64,000 bases of DNA from Candidatus Moraniibacteriota bacterium (GTDB taxonomy: Bacteria > Patescibacteriota > Minisyncoccia > Moranbacterales > UBA1568). Below are positions 20,091 through 30,131 of this stretch, piece after piece (the stretch's first letter is position 1; each line of letters starts with the position of its first letter). The notes under the pieces are model-generated. The model did not search any database, was not told the DNA's origin, and was given only the letters and a program-made list of their open reading frames with translations. The stretch lies in the NCBI GenBank assembly GCA_013334575.1, contig JAAXXG010000002.1, positions 69,377 to 133,376 on the forward strand, read 5' to 3'. Made by a program: the position numbers and the translations under genes.

Positions 20091-20148
20091 GATTTCATCG
20101 AAAAAATGAGGCTTATATAAGCGACTAAGTAATTAGTTTTCGGATTTC
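20091..20148. repeat. 58-bp junction element, copy 3 (right arm degenerate)
   Basis: GATTTCATCGAAAAAATGAGGCTTATATAAGC...TTTCGGATTTC. Confidence 0.8.
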
Positions 20149-20168
20149 AAATAATAAGGAATACCGAA

Positions 20169-20795
20169 CTAAACATCGTTGATCGATATATCTGCGACCC
20201 CAGACACCGGGTTGCGCCAAAAAAAGATTCTTCTCCGTTCAATTACGAGTATCAGGGTCATATTCACGACCGAAAGGTAAACCGGAAATGCAAGACCGGA
20301 AAAATTCCATGATTCCACGACTGCAAACCCCGTCAAGGCATTCAGCAGACCGGTAAGAAATGCAACAGCGGATTCTGATTCTGGATGACTCCACGACTTC
20401 ATGATCGTAGGTACGGCAGCAAGCAAATCGCTAGCTATCGCAAAAACAATGGCAATATTTGGCTCCTTGGTAATTCCCCATAAAACAAGCGCGAGCAAAG
20501 AAAACAGACCGCATGCATAATCGGACGTTTGTAGTCTCCAGAATCCCTTTCTATTTAAGAACGATGCGAGAAAGACAAGAAATGGAATGAATCCGGACAT
20601 AAATACCGGAACGACTGCGAGACCGACCCCCTTCGCAATCCCCGCTCCCGTTGCAATCATCGGCGCAATCGACCACAAAAGCCACGAAATCCGGTTCGGG
20701 CGAGTTCTCCCCGCCAAAGTTTCTCGGATATACGCGAATCCACCGAACAGATTTATCGCCGCACCCACAAAAACAAGATATGCCATATCGATCAT
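20169..20795 (-). CDS. Multi-pass membrane protein (lower GC)
   Basis: T.PNRISWLLWS; PTIMKSW.HPESE; 6-7 TM. Confidence 0.75.
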   Translation of the reverse strand: MIDMAYLVFVGAAINLFGGFAYIRETLAGRTRPNRISWLLWSIAPMIATGAGIAKGVGLAVVPVFMSGFIPFLVFLASFLNRKGFWRLQTSDYACGLFSLLALVLWGITKEPNIAIVFAIASDLLAAVPTIMKSWSHPESESAVAFLTGLLNALTGFAVVESWNFSGLAFPVYLSVVNMTLILVIERRRIFFWRNPVSGVADISINDV

Positions 20796-21313
20796 AAGCC
20801 AAATAAACGCGTATACCCGAACCGTTTCAGATCGGGAGCGATGTCGTCGTAGGTCTTGCCCGCGAGGAATCCGCCGGCGATGAACTCTTCCTGCGTGACC
20901 TCGGAGAGGCAGAAGTCCGGCATCGGGAACGCATCCTTCTCCGCCTCGGTCTCGAATTCGAAATCGACGAGGACGAGTCCCTCGAGCGCGGCCGCAAACA
21001 CGTCCACCTCCGCCGTGAGCCCCTCGTATCCGTACCGGTAGCGGACCTTATCGACCCGCTTTCCGGGAACGGACGAGAGCGCGGCATACTCTTCCTCCGA
21101 CAGTCTGATCGTCTGTTCCTCCATCCGGGACGAGTCCGCTTCCGTAAGCTGTGTCTTCTTCGTCATCTCGTATCGGTCGCCGTTCTTCCGCAGACGGAGC
21201 ACCGGGTGTCGCGCGATAACCGGCAGATAGATATCGAGCATCTCCTTACTCGGGGCATCGGAAAGCCCCTCCGGCGGCCGCTTCGCGAGATAGGTCCGTT
21301 CGAGTTCGATCAT
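20792..21313 (-). CDS. CYTH-domain protein
   Basis: IELERTYL, LRLRK, KVRY, EVDVF...LEGLVLVDFEF. Confidence 0.85.
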   Translation of the reverse strand: MIELERTYLAKRPPEGLSDAPSKEMLDIYLPVIARHPVLRLRKNGDRYEMTKKTQLTEADSSRMEEQTIRLSEEEYAALSSVPGKRVDKVRYRYGYEGLTAEVDVFAAALEGLVLVDFEFETEAEKDAFPMPDFCLSEVTQEEFIAGGFLAGKTYDDIAPDLKRFGYTRLFGL

Positions 21314-21397
21314 AGGAGGTGCGGTCACATATGTTCATCCCCATCTTCCCACCGAAAAACCCGCCTGTAAAGCGGGTTTGTTGTTTCAGATATTCCC

Positions 21398-21757
21398 CTA
21401 TTCCTCGCGCTTGCCGGTATTCTCAAACGGATCCATCGCTTTCCGGACTTGCTCGACTTCCTTCTCCGCTGCCAACCGGTCGAGTCTCGGTTTCATGATT
21501 TCCTCTTCAAGAGGCGAACCCGGAAACTCGACGGTCTCACGGATTATTTCCTGGTCCGCAGCATCATCCCTTCGTTCCTCCTCGTACTGCTGCTGATATT
21601 TCTCGTCACTTTCCCGCATAAGCGCTTGCAAACGCTCCTCATCCGGGAGCGGTGCCCGATTCGCATTCTTGAACTCGATATCGGCCGCTATCAAAGCGGC
21701 CTCGTCATCCGGATCCGGCTCCTGGACCGGATATGTGAACTTCTCTTTCATATTCAC
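21398..21757 (-). CDS. Acidic hypothetical protein
   Basis: E/D-rich ORF; hairpin terminator at ~21356-21379. Confidence 0.6.
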   Translation of the reverse strand: MNMKEKFTYPVQEPDPDDEAALIAADIEFKNANRAPLPDEERLQALMRESDEKYQQQYEEERRDDAADQEIIRETVEFPGSPLEEEIMKPRLDRLAAEKEVEQVRKAMDPFENTGKREE

Positions 21758-21809
21758 TCTTATCCGATTATGACCATAACTGCACGGGCGAAAACCGAGA
21801 CCAAGCTCC

Positions 21810-22805
21810 CTATTTCACCTTCGCGACGACGACCGATTCCCCTTCGGACAGCCCCGATTTGATCTCGATGGTCCCCTCGTCGCCCTCGATGCCGAGCATC
21901 ACTTCGCGCCGCTCGGACGAGATACCGTCGGGAGACACGTCCACGAACGCCTTGCTTCCCTGCCGGGTAACCGCGCGGAACGGCACCGAAAGCGCGTTCT
22001 CGGCCTTGGCCGTCACGATATCGATGGTCGCGCTCATCCCCTCGCGCAGGCGCGAATCGGCGTCGGCCATCCGGAACCGCGTCACGTAGGAAACGACATC
22101 CTGTACGACGGTAGCCGACGGCTCTATCTCGTAGATCTCGGAACGGAACACGTCGTCTTTGGTAAGCGCGTCAAAGGTGACGTCACCTTCCATCCCGTCA
22201 TGCAGCTTCGTCACGTCGGCTTCCGGAACCCGGGATTCCAGGATGAGGCCTTCACCGGCCGACACCCGACCCACGATGCTTCCCGCGATCGCGGTTTCCC
22301 CCTCGCGCAGGTCGAGCCGGGTCACGACGCCGTCCATCGGCGAGACGATGTCCGCCTCGGCGATCTGCGTTCCCAGGGTGCGAACCTTCTGCCGCGCCTG
22401 CTCGGTCGTCAATTTCTTCGCCTCGCGTTCCTCGGGCTTCAGCGAATCCCACCCGCGCCGGGCGAGCTTCTCGGCTTCGACGGCGATATCGAGCGCGATC
22501 TGCGCGTCGTGCAGCTGCGAGCGCAGTACGGAGGTGTCGAGGGTCGCGACCGTCTGTCCCTTCTTCACCGTATCGCCCCGCGTCACGAGCACCTTCCCGA
22601 CCGTTCCGACCGACGCATACGAAAGGTCGGCGTACGACTTCGGTACGAGCTCGCCGGTCACCGACACGGTCTGCATGACCGTCGCCCGTGAGACGGCTTC
22701 GGTCTCGTACAGACGCTTCGGTGGGCGCGTCATGAACCACGCGACCGTTCCGATCACCGCGACCGCCAAGACCGACAGCCAGACGACTTTCGTTCTTCTC
22801 TTCAT
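21810..22805 (-). CDS. Efflux periplasmic adaptor (MacA/HlyD-like MFP)
   Basis: N-terminal TM; lipoyl halves GDTVKKGQ and SPMDGVV; LREGMSA; GLSEGESVV. Confidence 0.9.
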   Translation of the reverse strand: MKRRTKVVWLSVLAVAVIGTVAWFMTRPPKRLYETEAVSRATVMQTVSVTGELVPKSYADLSYASVGTVGKVLVTRGDTVKKGQTVATLDTSVLRSQLHDAQIALDIAVEAEKLARRGWDSLKPEEREAKKLTTEQARQKVRTLGTQIAEADIVSPMDGVVTRLDLREGETAIAGSIVGRVSAGEGLILESRVPEADVTKLHDGMEGDVTFDALTKDDVFRSEIYEIEPSATVVQDVVSYVTRFRMADADSRLREGMSATIDIVTAKAENALSVPFRAVTRQGSKAFVDVSPDGISSERREVMLGIEGDEGTIEIKSGLSEGESVVVAKVK

Positions 22806-22826
22806 ACGACCGTTCCGACGTTAGTT

Positions 22827-23264
22827 TCAAAACATGCGCTCCTGCGCCGCCGCGGCGGCCGCACCGTCCATCGCCTTGTTCGCTTCGGCGTCCGCGACCG
22901 TGTTCCGCTCGCGGGGCACGTGCGAGAACTCCACCTGACCGAAATCGAGCATCAGGTTCCACACCTCGAAGAAGAGCGGCTGAAGCTTCCCGTTCTCGAT
23001 CTTGTAGACATGGTTGAGCTGGCGGCACGCGAGCTCCGAATCCATCCGGCAGTCGATCCGGCACTTCTTGGCCCGATCCTTGCCGATGAGCGCCTTTATC
23101 TTGCGCAGACCGGCAGCGATAGCGGCGTATTCGGCTTCGTTGTTCGTCTTCGTGCCCAGGAACTCGCCGAAGCGCTTGTCGAGCGTCTCTATGAAGACAC
23201 CCAGGGCCGCCGGCCCCGGGTTTCCCCTCGATCCCCCGTCCGTATACATGACGATGGTTTCCAT
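22827..23264 (-). CDS. Ribonuclease HI family protein
   Basis: YTDGGSRGNPGPA, TNNEAEY, DSEL, HVPRERN..AD. Confidence 0.9.
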   Translation of the reverse strand: METIVMYTDGGSRGNPGPAALGVFIETLDKRFGEFLGTKTNNEAEYAAIAAGLRKIKALIGKDRAKKCRIDCRMDSELACRQLNHVYKIENGKLQPLFFEVWNLMLDFGQVEFSHVPRERNTVADAEANKAMDGAAAAAAQERMF

Positions 23265-23281
23265 AGAAGAAGTATAGCACA

Positions 23282-24970
23282 TCAGGCGGAACGCCGAAGA
23301 TCGATAAGCTTCAGCTGCACCGTCACGCGGCCGTTCCATTCGTTCTCATCGAGCTGGAAAAGTATGTCGACCGCGTCGCCAGAAACGATGCCGGCAGCCG
23401 TGTCGGCGAGCGAGAACCCGATCGCGTCAACCGTCCTGCCATCGGGAAGAGAGAGGGCAAGTTTCACATGCTTGCCGTCGGAACCGACCGGACGGATCTC
23501 GGCGACCCGGACCCCCTCGAGCAGGAAGACCGGCTCGGGATTCCCTTCGCCGAACGGCGCCAACCGCCGAACCTGTCGGACGAAATCAAGAGTGATGAGC
23601 GGATGCGGCAGACGCAGGTCCGCGGCAGGTCCCGGCTCCGGAAGCGCTCCTCCCATCCGCTCGGCAGCCAGGCGCTCGAGCCGCTCCTCGAGTTCCGGGA
23701 GGTGTTCGTTCCGCACCGTAAGCCCCGCCGCCTGCGAGTGCCCGCCGAACCGCTCCAGGATGTCGGCACACTCTCCGATCGCCTCTATGATATTGAGACC
23801 CGGGACGCTCCGGAGCGATCCACGGCTCGTCTCCTCTCCCTTCGTGAGGACGATGGTCGGACGCCCGAACTCGTTGGCGATACGGCCGGCCACCAGTCCG
23901 ACCACCCCGAAATGGAAATCCTCATGCGCGGCGAACACGAACCTGCGATCCGACCGGGCGAACGCCGTCTCGCGGACCGATTTGGCGATCCCATCGGAAA
24001 CCTTGCGACGCTCGACATTGTACGACTCGAGGATATCCGCGAGTTCCCCGGCCCGGTCGGCATCCTCCTCGACCAGCAGGTCGTGCGCCGCACGTGCATG
24101 CGCCATCCGGCTCGCAGCGTTCAGTCGCGGCGCGACATGGAACGCGATATCACGGGCGACCGGCGCCCTCCCGTCCGGCGCGATACGCGCGCGGGAAATC
24201 ATCTCGCGGAACCCGTTCCGACGGGTCTTGCCGAGCACGATGAGCCCGAAGGTCACGATGACGCGATTTTCGCCGATAAGCGGCATGACGTCGGCCACCG
24301 TTCCGACCGCCGCCACGTCGAGGAACCACTTGAGCTGTCCGTATTCATCCGGAAAGAACTCGAGATACACGGCCTGCAGTACCTTGAAGGCGATCCCGGC
24401 CCCGCAGAGCTCCTTGAAGGGATACGGTTCGCCGGGCAACCGCGGATTGATTATCGCGTACGCGTCGGGAAGGGTTTCCGGGACATGATGATGATCCATG
24501 ATGATCACGTCCATGCCGCGACGGTTCGCATCGGCGACCGCCTCGTGGTCCGTCATCCCGCAGTCGACGACACACACGAGCGTAACACCCTCGGCAGCGA
24601 AGGATTCCAGGGCGCGCAGGCTCAGTCCGTGCCCTTCGGCATGCTTGTCCGGAATATAGGTCGTGACCGGGACGCCAATCTTCGTCAGCGCCTCGCGCAG
24701 GAGAACCGACGACGTGATCCCGTCCGCATCGAAGTCCCCGAAAATGCCGACCTGCTCGCCCGCATCGCGCGCGGAGCGGAGCCTGTCCATGACCCGCCGC
24801 ATCGACCGGAACAGGAAGGGATCATGCAATCCGCGGTCGTAATCCGGCAGAAGGAACGCCTTGCGGTCCTCTTCCGTGACGATGCCGCGCAACGAAAGCA
24901 GCCTCTCGATTATCAATGCCGGGTCCGGAGCGATATCCTCTTCCGTTTTCGGATTCCATACGGACGGCAT
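23282..24970 (-). CDS. recJ: Single-stranded-DNA exonuclease RecJ
   Basis: GDFDADG, VDCG, DHH, GTVADV, PRLNAASR, GGHSQAAG, APFGEGNP. Confidence 0.96.
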   Translation of the reverse strand: MPSVWNPKTEEDIAPDPALIIERLLSLRGIVTEEDRKAFLLPDYDRGLHDPFLFRSMRRVMDRLRSARDAGEQVGIFGDFDADGITSSVLLREALTKIGVPVTTYIPDKHAEGHGLSLRALESFAAEGVTLVCVVDCGMTDHEAVADANRRGMDVIIMDHHHVPETLPDAYAIINPRLPGEPYPFKELCGAGIAFKVLQAVYLEFFPDEYGQLKWFLDVAAVGTVADVMPLIGENRVIVTFGLIVLGKTRRNGFREMISRARIAPDGRAPVARDIAFHVAPRLNAASRMAHARAAHDLLVEEDADRAGELADILESYNVERRKVSDGIAKSVRETAFARSDRRFVFAAHEDFHFGVVGLVAGRIANEFGRPTIVLTKGEETSRGSLRSVPGLNIIEAIGECADILERFGGHSQAAGLTVRNEHLPELEERLERLAAERMGGALPEPGPAADLRLPHPLITLDFVRQVRRLAPFGEGNPEPVFLLEGVRVAEIRPVGSDGKHVKLALSLPDGRTVDAIGFSLADTAAGIVSGDAVDILFQLDENEWNGRVTVQLKLIDLRRSA

Positions 24971-25045
24971 ACGATGATCGACACGGAATAAGACCGAAGG
25001 CCCCGAGCCCCTCGAGGACCCGGAGCCGGAGACATGAAAACGGGA

Positions 25046-25597
25046 TCAGATACAGACGAGCTCCGCCTCGAACCGGCGAGAGTTCGCATCCTTGAGGGTC
25101 AGCCGAAAGGCAAGCTTCTCGCCGCCTTCGGAACAGAGAAAGTCGCGGTTGAGACCGAGATCCTGCGCGAGCCGTTGCGCGTCGAGCTCGTAAGGATTCG
25201 GGACAACAAGATACTGCGAGTGGGAGAAGAGCGCATTCAGACGGCCCAGGATGTCGCGCGGCGGCGACATGGTCGTCACGAAGAAATCGTTCACCCCGAG
25301 CACCTGTGCGCGGGCGCGGTCCTCCTCGCGGCCCATGTGTGACAGGAAAATGACCGGGATATTCGCGGTCATCACGTTCCGTTTCAGACTCTCCACCAAG
25401 CCGAACCCGTCCATCCGCGGCATGATGATACCGGTAAGGATCACGTCCGGCGTCACCTGACTCACTTTCTCGAGACCATCGAGACCGTCGACCGCCTCGA
25501 TGACATCGAATCCTTCCTGGCGGAGGATTTCCACGAAGAGCGCCCTGGTCTCGGTATCGTCGTCGATCACGAGGACGTTCCGCTTCACATTTTCCAT
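25046..25597 (-). CDS. Atypical response-regulator receiver protein
   Basis: VLVIDDD, EAVDGLDGL, PDVILTGIIMPRMDG (phospho-Asp replaced by Gly). Confidence 0.85.
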   Translation of the reverse strand: MENVKRNVLVIDDDTETRALFVEILRQEGFDVIEAVDGLDGLEKVSQVTPDVILTGIIMPRMDGFGLVESLKRNVMTANIPVIFLSHMGREEDRARAQVLGVNDFFVTTMSPPRDILGRLNALFSHSQYLVVPNPYELDAQRLAQDLGLNRDFLCSEGGEKLAFRLTLKDANSRRFEAELVCI

Positions 25598-25699
25598 AGA
25601 TCGCACGTTACACCACGCATACGTGCCGATTATACCAGGAAAAGAAGGAACCGAAAAACCGGCCCGAAAAGCGGGCCGGCCATATGCGAAGTCCGTATC

Positions 25700-26791
25700 C
25701 TATCCCTTCCGCTCGGTATCCCGGAGCTGTTCCACGAGCTTCCGCTCCTTTCCCGAAAGATGTTTCGGAACGGCGACCGTCACCGTCACGAGATGGTCGC
25801 CCTGTCCGAAGCCGCGGACGTTCCGAAGGCCCTTGCCCCGTATACGGAACACTTCGCCGGGCTGCGTTCCCGCAGGAATCTTCATACGGACCGGCCCCTC
25901 GACCGTCTCGACGGAAACCGTATCGCCAAGCGCTGCCTGCGCGTACGAGATCGGCATCTTCGAAAGCACCGTCTCGCCGCGACGCATCAGCGTCGGATGA
26001 GGCTTTACATGCACCGCGACAAACAGGTCTCCCGACGGAGCGCCCGGCTCACCGGCCGCCCCCTTGCCTGGAACCGAGATCACCTGACCGTCGTCGATAC
26101 CGGCCGGAATCCGTACCGTCACTTCATCCTCGCCCGTCATCCGGCCGGTCCCGTGACATTTCGGACAGTCCTCCTCGAAGCGCTTCCCCTTCCCGTGACA
26201 TTTCGGACACTGTACGACCTGCTCGAAGGTTCCCAGGACGCTGCGGACCGCCTGCCTGATACGGCCGCTGCCACCGCAATCGGAACACGAAACCTCCTTC
26301 GACCCTTTCTTTCCCCCGGTACCCCCGCATTCCGTACATGGGATCGCCTTCCGGATACGAACCGTCTTCTCCGTGCCCGAGACCATCTCCATGAACGGAA
26401 TTTCCACATCGACCTGGATATCGGAACCCGCCCGCGGCCCACGCGAACGTGCCCCGGCAAAGCCTCCGCCGAACAGGTCCGAGAAGATGTCCTCGAAACC
26501 GCCTCCGCCGCCGAACTGGAAATCGCCGAAGTCGAACCCGCCCGCCTGACCGCCGGAAAACCCGCCGAACCCCGTCGGCCCGTCGGCACTCCCGAACTGG
26601 TCGTACCGCTTGCGCTTTTCCGGATCCGAGAGCACGCCGTATGCCTCGTTCGCCTCCTTGAACTTGGCTTCGTCGCCGCCCTGCTTGTCCGGATGGTGCT
26701 TATGCGCGAGCTTTCGGAACGCCTTCTTGATGTCGTCCTGCGACGCATCCTTCGACACGCCGAGAATGGAATAGTAGTCCTTGTTCGCCAT
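25700..26791 (-). CDS. dnaJ: Chaperone DnaJ
   Basis: J domain HPD, G/F region, four CxxCxGxG repeats. Confidence 0.97.
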   Translation of the reverse strand: MANKDYYSILGVSKDASQDDIKKAFRKLAHKHHPDKQGGDEAKFKEANEAYGVLSDPEKRKRYDQFGSADGPTGFGGFSGGQAGGFDFGDFQFGGGGGFEDIFSDLFGGGFAGARSRGPRAGSDIQVDVEIPFMEMVSGTEKTVRIRKAIPCTECGGTGGKKGSKEVSCSDCGGSGRIRQAVRSVLGTFEQVVQCPKCHGKGKRFEEDCPKCHGTGRMTGEDEVTVRIPAGIDDGQVISVPGKGAAGEPGAPSGDLFVAVHVKPHPTLMRRGETVLSKMPISYAQAALGDTVSVETVEGPVRMKIPAGTQPGEVFRIRGKGLRNVRGFGQGDHLVTVTVAVPKHLSGKERKLVEQLRDTERKG

Positions 26792-26834
26792 AGGTTCGAT
26801 CCGTTTCCTTCCACTGTACATGAAAACGAAAAAA

Positions 26835-26861
26835 TTAGCAATCTCTTTAAGAGAGTGCTAA
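26835..26861 (-). promoter_or_regulatory. CIRCE (HrcA operator) upstream of dnaJ
   Basis: TTAGCAATC-N9-GAGTGCTAA on + strand. Confidence 0.9.
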
Positions 26862-26882
26862 GAACACTCATCATCACTCTAT

Positions 26883-26911
26883 TTGACAATATCTAATATA
26901 TATAGTATACT
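26883..26911 (+). promoter_or_regulatory. sigma70 promoter
   Basis: TTGACA-17 bp-TATACT. Confidence 0.7.
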
Positions 26912-26993
26912 TATTAACACAATCGATAGCGTAGAAATTTTATAACATAAAAAAGCCGTAGGAATTGCTTCTCCGGCAAAGGAGCTAGGAAAA

Positions 26994-27338
26994 ATGATTG
27001 TTATCAGATCATGGTGCTTGCCGGCACTTGATGAACAAGCGTTGAACGACTTACACGATTCGATCGTTAAGGCCGTAATTTCAACGCCGACCTCTGGGGT
27101 GAAGTCGGAAAAAGACATGCTCAATCTCTTCCCTTCCGACATGATGACTTACGGATTAGGGTGTGAGGTGTACGTCGAAATCATGCATCTCCCGGAAAGG
27201 ATGCTGCCTTTCGAACGCCAGGTACTTGGTAACCTGGTCCGGACCGAGATTTGCAACGCCCTTGAGCGCTCGGGGGAAAAGCCTCCGAACATGCAGCTCT
27301 TTATCCCCGCGACGCATCCCGACGACATCGTCATGTAA
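26994..27338 (+). CDS. Hypothetical protein (accessory)
   Basis: Consensus promoter upstream, AGGA SD, hairpin with T-tract at ~27343-27384. Confidence 0.65.
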   Translation: MIVIRSWCLPALDEQALNDLHDSIVKAVISTPTSGVKSEKDMLNLFPSDMMTYGLGCEVYVEIMHLPERMLPFERQVLGNLVRTEICNALERSGEKPPNMQLFIPATHPDDIVM

Positions 27339-27431
27339 CGTTCCCGCTACACAGAGAATCCTCTGCATACGTGTAGCGGGTTTTCTGTTTCCCGCGGTTC
27401 CAAGTATCGAAATCAATTCGAAGGATTCGCA

Positions 27432-28493
27432 TCAAAGCCCGTTCTTTGCCTTGTTGGCGACGTGCTCCTCGAAAGTCTCGGCGAAGACCGTCTCGCCGGT
27501 CTCGGGATTATTCAGGAAATACAGGTACCGGTTCGGTGTCGGATCGAGCACGGCCCGGATCGCGGAAAGTCCCGGGTTCGAAATCGGGCCGGGCGGCAGC
27601 CCCTTGTTCGCATAGGTGTTGTACGGCGAATCGACGGCGATATCCTTGAGTGAGTGCTTGACTTTGGTCTCGCCGAGCGCGTACCGGACGGTCGCGTCGC
27701 TCTGAAGCGGCATACCGAGCGCGATCCGACGCAGGAAGAGGTCCGCGACGACCCCGCGGTCCGCATCGGTCCGAACTTCGGTCTCCACGATGCTCGCCAG
27801 CGTAAGCGCCTCGAACCGCTGTTCGGCCGGTTTCCGCTTCAGAAGCGGCTCGACGGTCTTTCCGAACGCGTCGAGCATCTTTCCGATTACGGCATCCGTT
27901 CCCTGTGTCGGATCGAAAAAGTACGTGTCCGGAAACAGGAACCCCTCGAGAGAGGCTCCTGCCGGCGCAACCGAAAGGAACGGATACCGTTCCCGAAGCG
28001 CGGCAGCGGGATGAGCGACCGCCGACAGGAACGATGCTCCGTCGAAACCGGCAGCATCGAGCCTTTCCGCCATCTCCGCGGCCGTGAGTCCTTCCGGAAA
28101 CGTCACCTTCACCCCCTTCTCGACCGTCTCGCCGCGGACGATCTTCCGCGCGATATCGGGAATCGACATCTCGCCCGAGAGCGCATACCGGCCGGCCAGC
28201 AAACGCGTCCGAAGTCCTTCACGGAACACGTGATACAGGAAAGGAAGCTCGGAAGCGATGACGCCGCGCCTTCTGAGATCCGTCGCGAGCACGACGACAC
28301 CCTCCCGTTCGCCGACGGTGACGATGACCGGACCGGACCCACCCCGGGAATCCTCGACCGAACGCGACAGCACGGCCAGTCCGATGCCGATAAATACCGC
28401 GATGCCCACCACGAAAAACACGGTCGCCCGTGCGAGACGTACAAACATATTCCGGCTTTTCGGGGCGGGCGGGTTTGTTTCGGTAGTATCCAT
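27432..28493 (-). CDS. mltG: Endolytic transglycosylase MltG
   Basis: TFPEG, LEGFLFPDTY, LASIVETE, LQSDAT, SPYNTY..GLPPGPISNPG. Confidence 0.94.
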   Translation of the reverse strand: MDTTETNPPAPKSRNMFVRLARATVFFVVGIAVFIGIGLAVLSRSVEDSRGGSGPVIVTVGEREGVVVLATDLRRRGVIASELPFLYHVFREGLRTRLLAGRYALSGEMSIPDIARKIVRGETVEKGVKVTFPEGLTAAEMAERLDAAGFDGASFLSAVAHPAAALRERYPFLSVAPAGASLEGFLFPDTYFFDPTQGTDAVIGKMLDAFGKTVEPLLKRKPAEQRFEALTLASIVETEVRTDADRGVVADLFLRRIALGMPLQSDATVRYALGETKVKHSLKDIAVDSPYNTYANKGLPPGPISNPGLSAIRAVLDPTPNRYLYFLNNPETGETVFAETFEEHVANKAKNGL

Positions 28494-28500
28494 ATCCTGT

Positions 28501-29133
28501 TCAGGTCGTCGCGGGCGAGTTCTCGATAAGCGGGACGAATATGAATCCCGCGAACCGCTCGACATAGAAGTCGTCTTTGCCACGCTTCTCGACGTATGCG
28601 AGGGAATTATAGATGGGCATCACCATCTTGCCGCCGATCGTCAACTGTTCCTTGTACGTGTCCGGAATTTCCTCCAACGAGGCGGACACGAGAATCCGGT
28701 CGTACGGAGCGTCCTTCGCATACCCCTGAGACCCGTCGCCAAGCACGCACTTCACCCGCTTGAGCGAGACGAATCCGAACTTGTCGATATTCTTCTTTCC
28801 GAAGTCGTACAGTTCCGGAATCCGCTCCACCGCCACGACGGACCCTTCATCACCGACGACCTCCGCCATAAGCGCCGACGTCCACCCTGAGCCGCTACCG
28901 ATATCCAACACCTTCTGGCCCGGGCGGAGATCAAGCAGTTCGAGCATCATCGCTACCGTCAGCGGTTGCGAGATCGTCTGGCCGTATCCGATCGGAAGCG
29001 GAATGTTCGTATCCGCCTCCGAAACGAACTCCTCGGGAACGAATTCCTCGCGACCGATACGGTTGAACGCGTCGATGAGCGCATCGGACTTGAGATACCC
29101 CTGAGTGATGAGATTGTTGATGAGTCGGCTCAT
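28501..29133 (-). CDS. pcm: Protein-L-isoaspartate O-methyltransferase
   Basis: LPIGYGQTISQP, LDIGSGSGW, APYDRI. Confidence 0.93.
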   Translation of the reverse strand: MSRLINNLITQGYLKSDALIDAFNRIGREEFVPEEFVSEADTNIPLPIGYGQTISQPLTVAMMLELLDLRPGQKVLDIGSGSGWTSALMAEVVGDEGSVVAVERIPELYDFGKKNIDKFGFVSLKRVKCVLGDGSQGYAKDAPYDRILVSASLEEIPDTYKEQLTIGGKMVMPIYNSLAYVEKRGKDDFYVERFAGFIFVPLIENSPATT

Positions 29134-29158
29134 GATCGGAAACGTTCGTGACGGACGG

Positions 29159-29599
29159 CTATTCGCCCATGACCTGGACGACCACGTCGCGCTTGCGCGA
29201 ACCGTCGAACTCGACGGCGAATACGGTCTGCAGGTCGGTTAGCATGAGATGTCCACGCTCGACCGGGATCGTCTCACTCGAACCGAGCAGGAGCGTCTTG
29301 CAGTGCGAGTGACCGTTCGAACGGCCGTCGGATTTCATGCCGCGCTGGAGTTCGAACAGGTCGTGAGAATACTGGTCATCCACCGGAACGACCCGATAGA
29401 GGATGCGCATGAAGTCCTGCAGAAGCAAAGGCTCGTTATGATTGATCACGACGCTCAGCGTCGTATGCGGAGAAAAGACCGTCACGACCCCCTCCCGGAT
29501 CCCGGACTTCGCGAGAATCTCGGATATGCGGTCGGTCAGATTCACGAACTCGATCTGCGTCTTCGTCTCGAATTCGATACGTTCCCGGAAAATCTTCAT
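29159..29599 (-). CDS. YjbQ/UPF0047 family protein
   Basis: PHTT, NE, NGHSH, EFDG.RKR. Confidence 0.9.
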   Translation of the reverse strand: MKIFRERIEFETKTQIEFVNLTDRISEILAKSGIREGVVTVFSPHTTLSVVINHNEPLLLQDFMRILYRVVPVDDQYSHDLFELQRGMKSDGRSNGHSHCKTLLLGSSETIPVERGHLMLTDLQTVFAVEFDGSRKRDVVVQVMGE

Positions 29600-29648
29600 A
29601 GCTTTTCTGTTTGTCACTTTATCGTACTATCGCGCCGTCACACGGCGC

Positions 29649-29963
29649 CTAGACCGACATGAGTTCGTCCTTGAGGCGGTCCTTCGTCTGGATGCCCATG
29701 AATTCCTTCACGACCTTCCCGCTCTTGAAGATCTTGAGCGTAGGGAGGGACATGACGTCGTATTCGGCCGCCGTATCGGGATTCTCATCGACGTTGAGCG
29801 CACCGACCTTCGCCCCCGTAACCTCCTCGGAAACACCCTTTACGATGGGCTCCATCATCTGACACGGACCACACCACGGAGCGAAGAAATCCACTAGGAT
29901 CGGAACGTCACACTCGAGGACCTCTTTCTTGAAATTCTTGTCCGTCAGATGGATCGCTGCCAT
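29649..29963 (-). CDS. trxA: Thioredoxin
   Basis: VDFFAPWCGPC, VMSLPT. Confidence 0.93.
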   Translation of the reverse strand: MAAIHLTDKNFKKEVLECDVPILVDFFAPWCGPCQMMEPIVKGVSEEVTGAKVGALNVDENPDTAAEYDVMSLPTLKIFKSGKVVKEFMGIQTKDRLKDELMSV

Positions 29964-30131
29964 ACGAATTGTCTTCAAAATGTTCGAATCTGCCTCGGCT
30001 ACACAAACGCCGATATCATCATCAGTATATCGCCGCCTCGGATGGAGGTCAAAACGGGATCGGCAGACCTTGCCGCCGCAGCCGCCTTCAGCGATACTGG
30101 AAAACAGAAACACCCCCCTAACCATACCGTC

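Noticed and set aside
20064-21379. Repeated AAAACCCGCYTGTAAAGCGGGTTT at ~20064 and ~21356 as mobile-element ends
   Set aside because: Adequately explained as duplicated intrinsic terminators; no transposase between them
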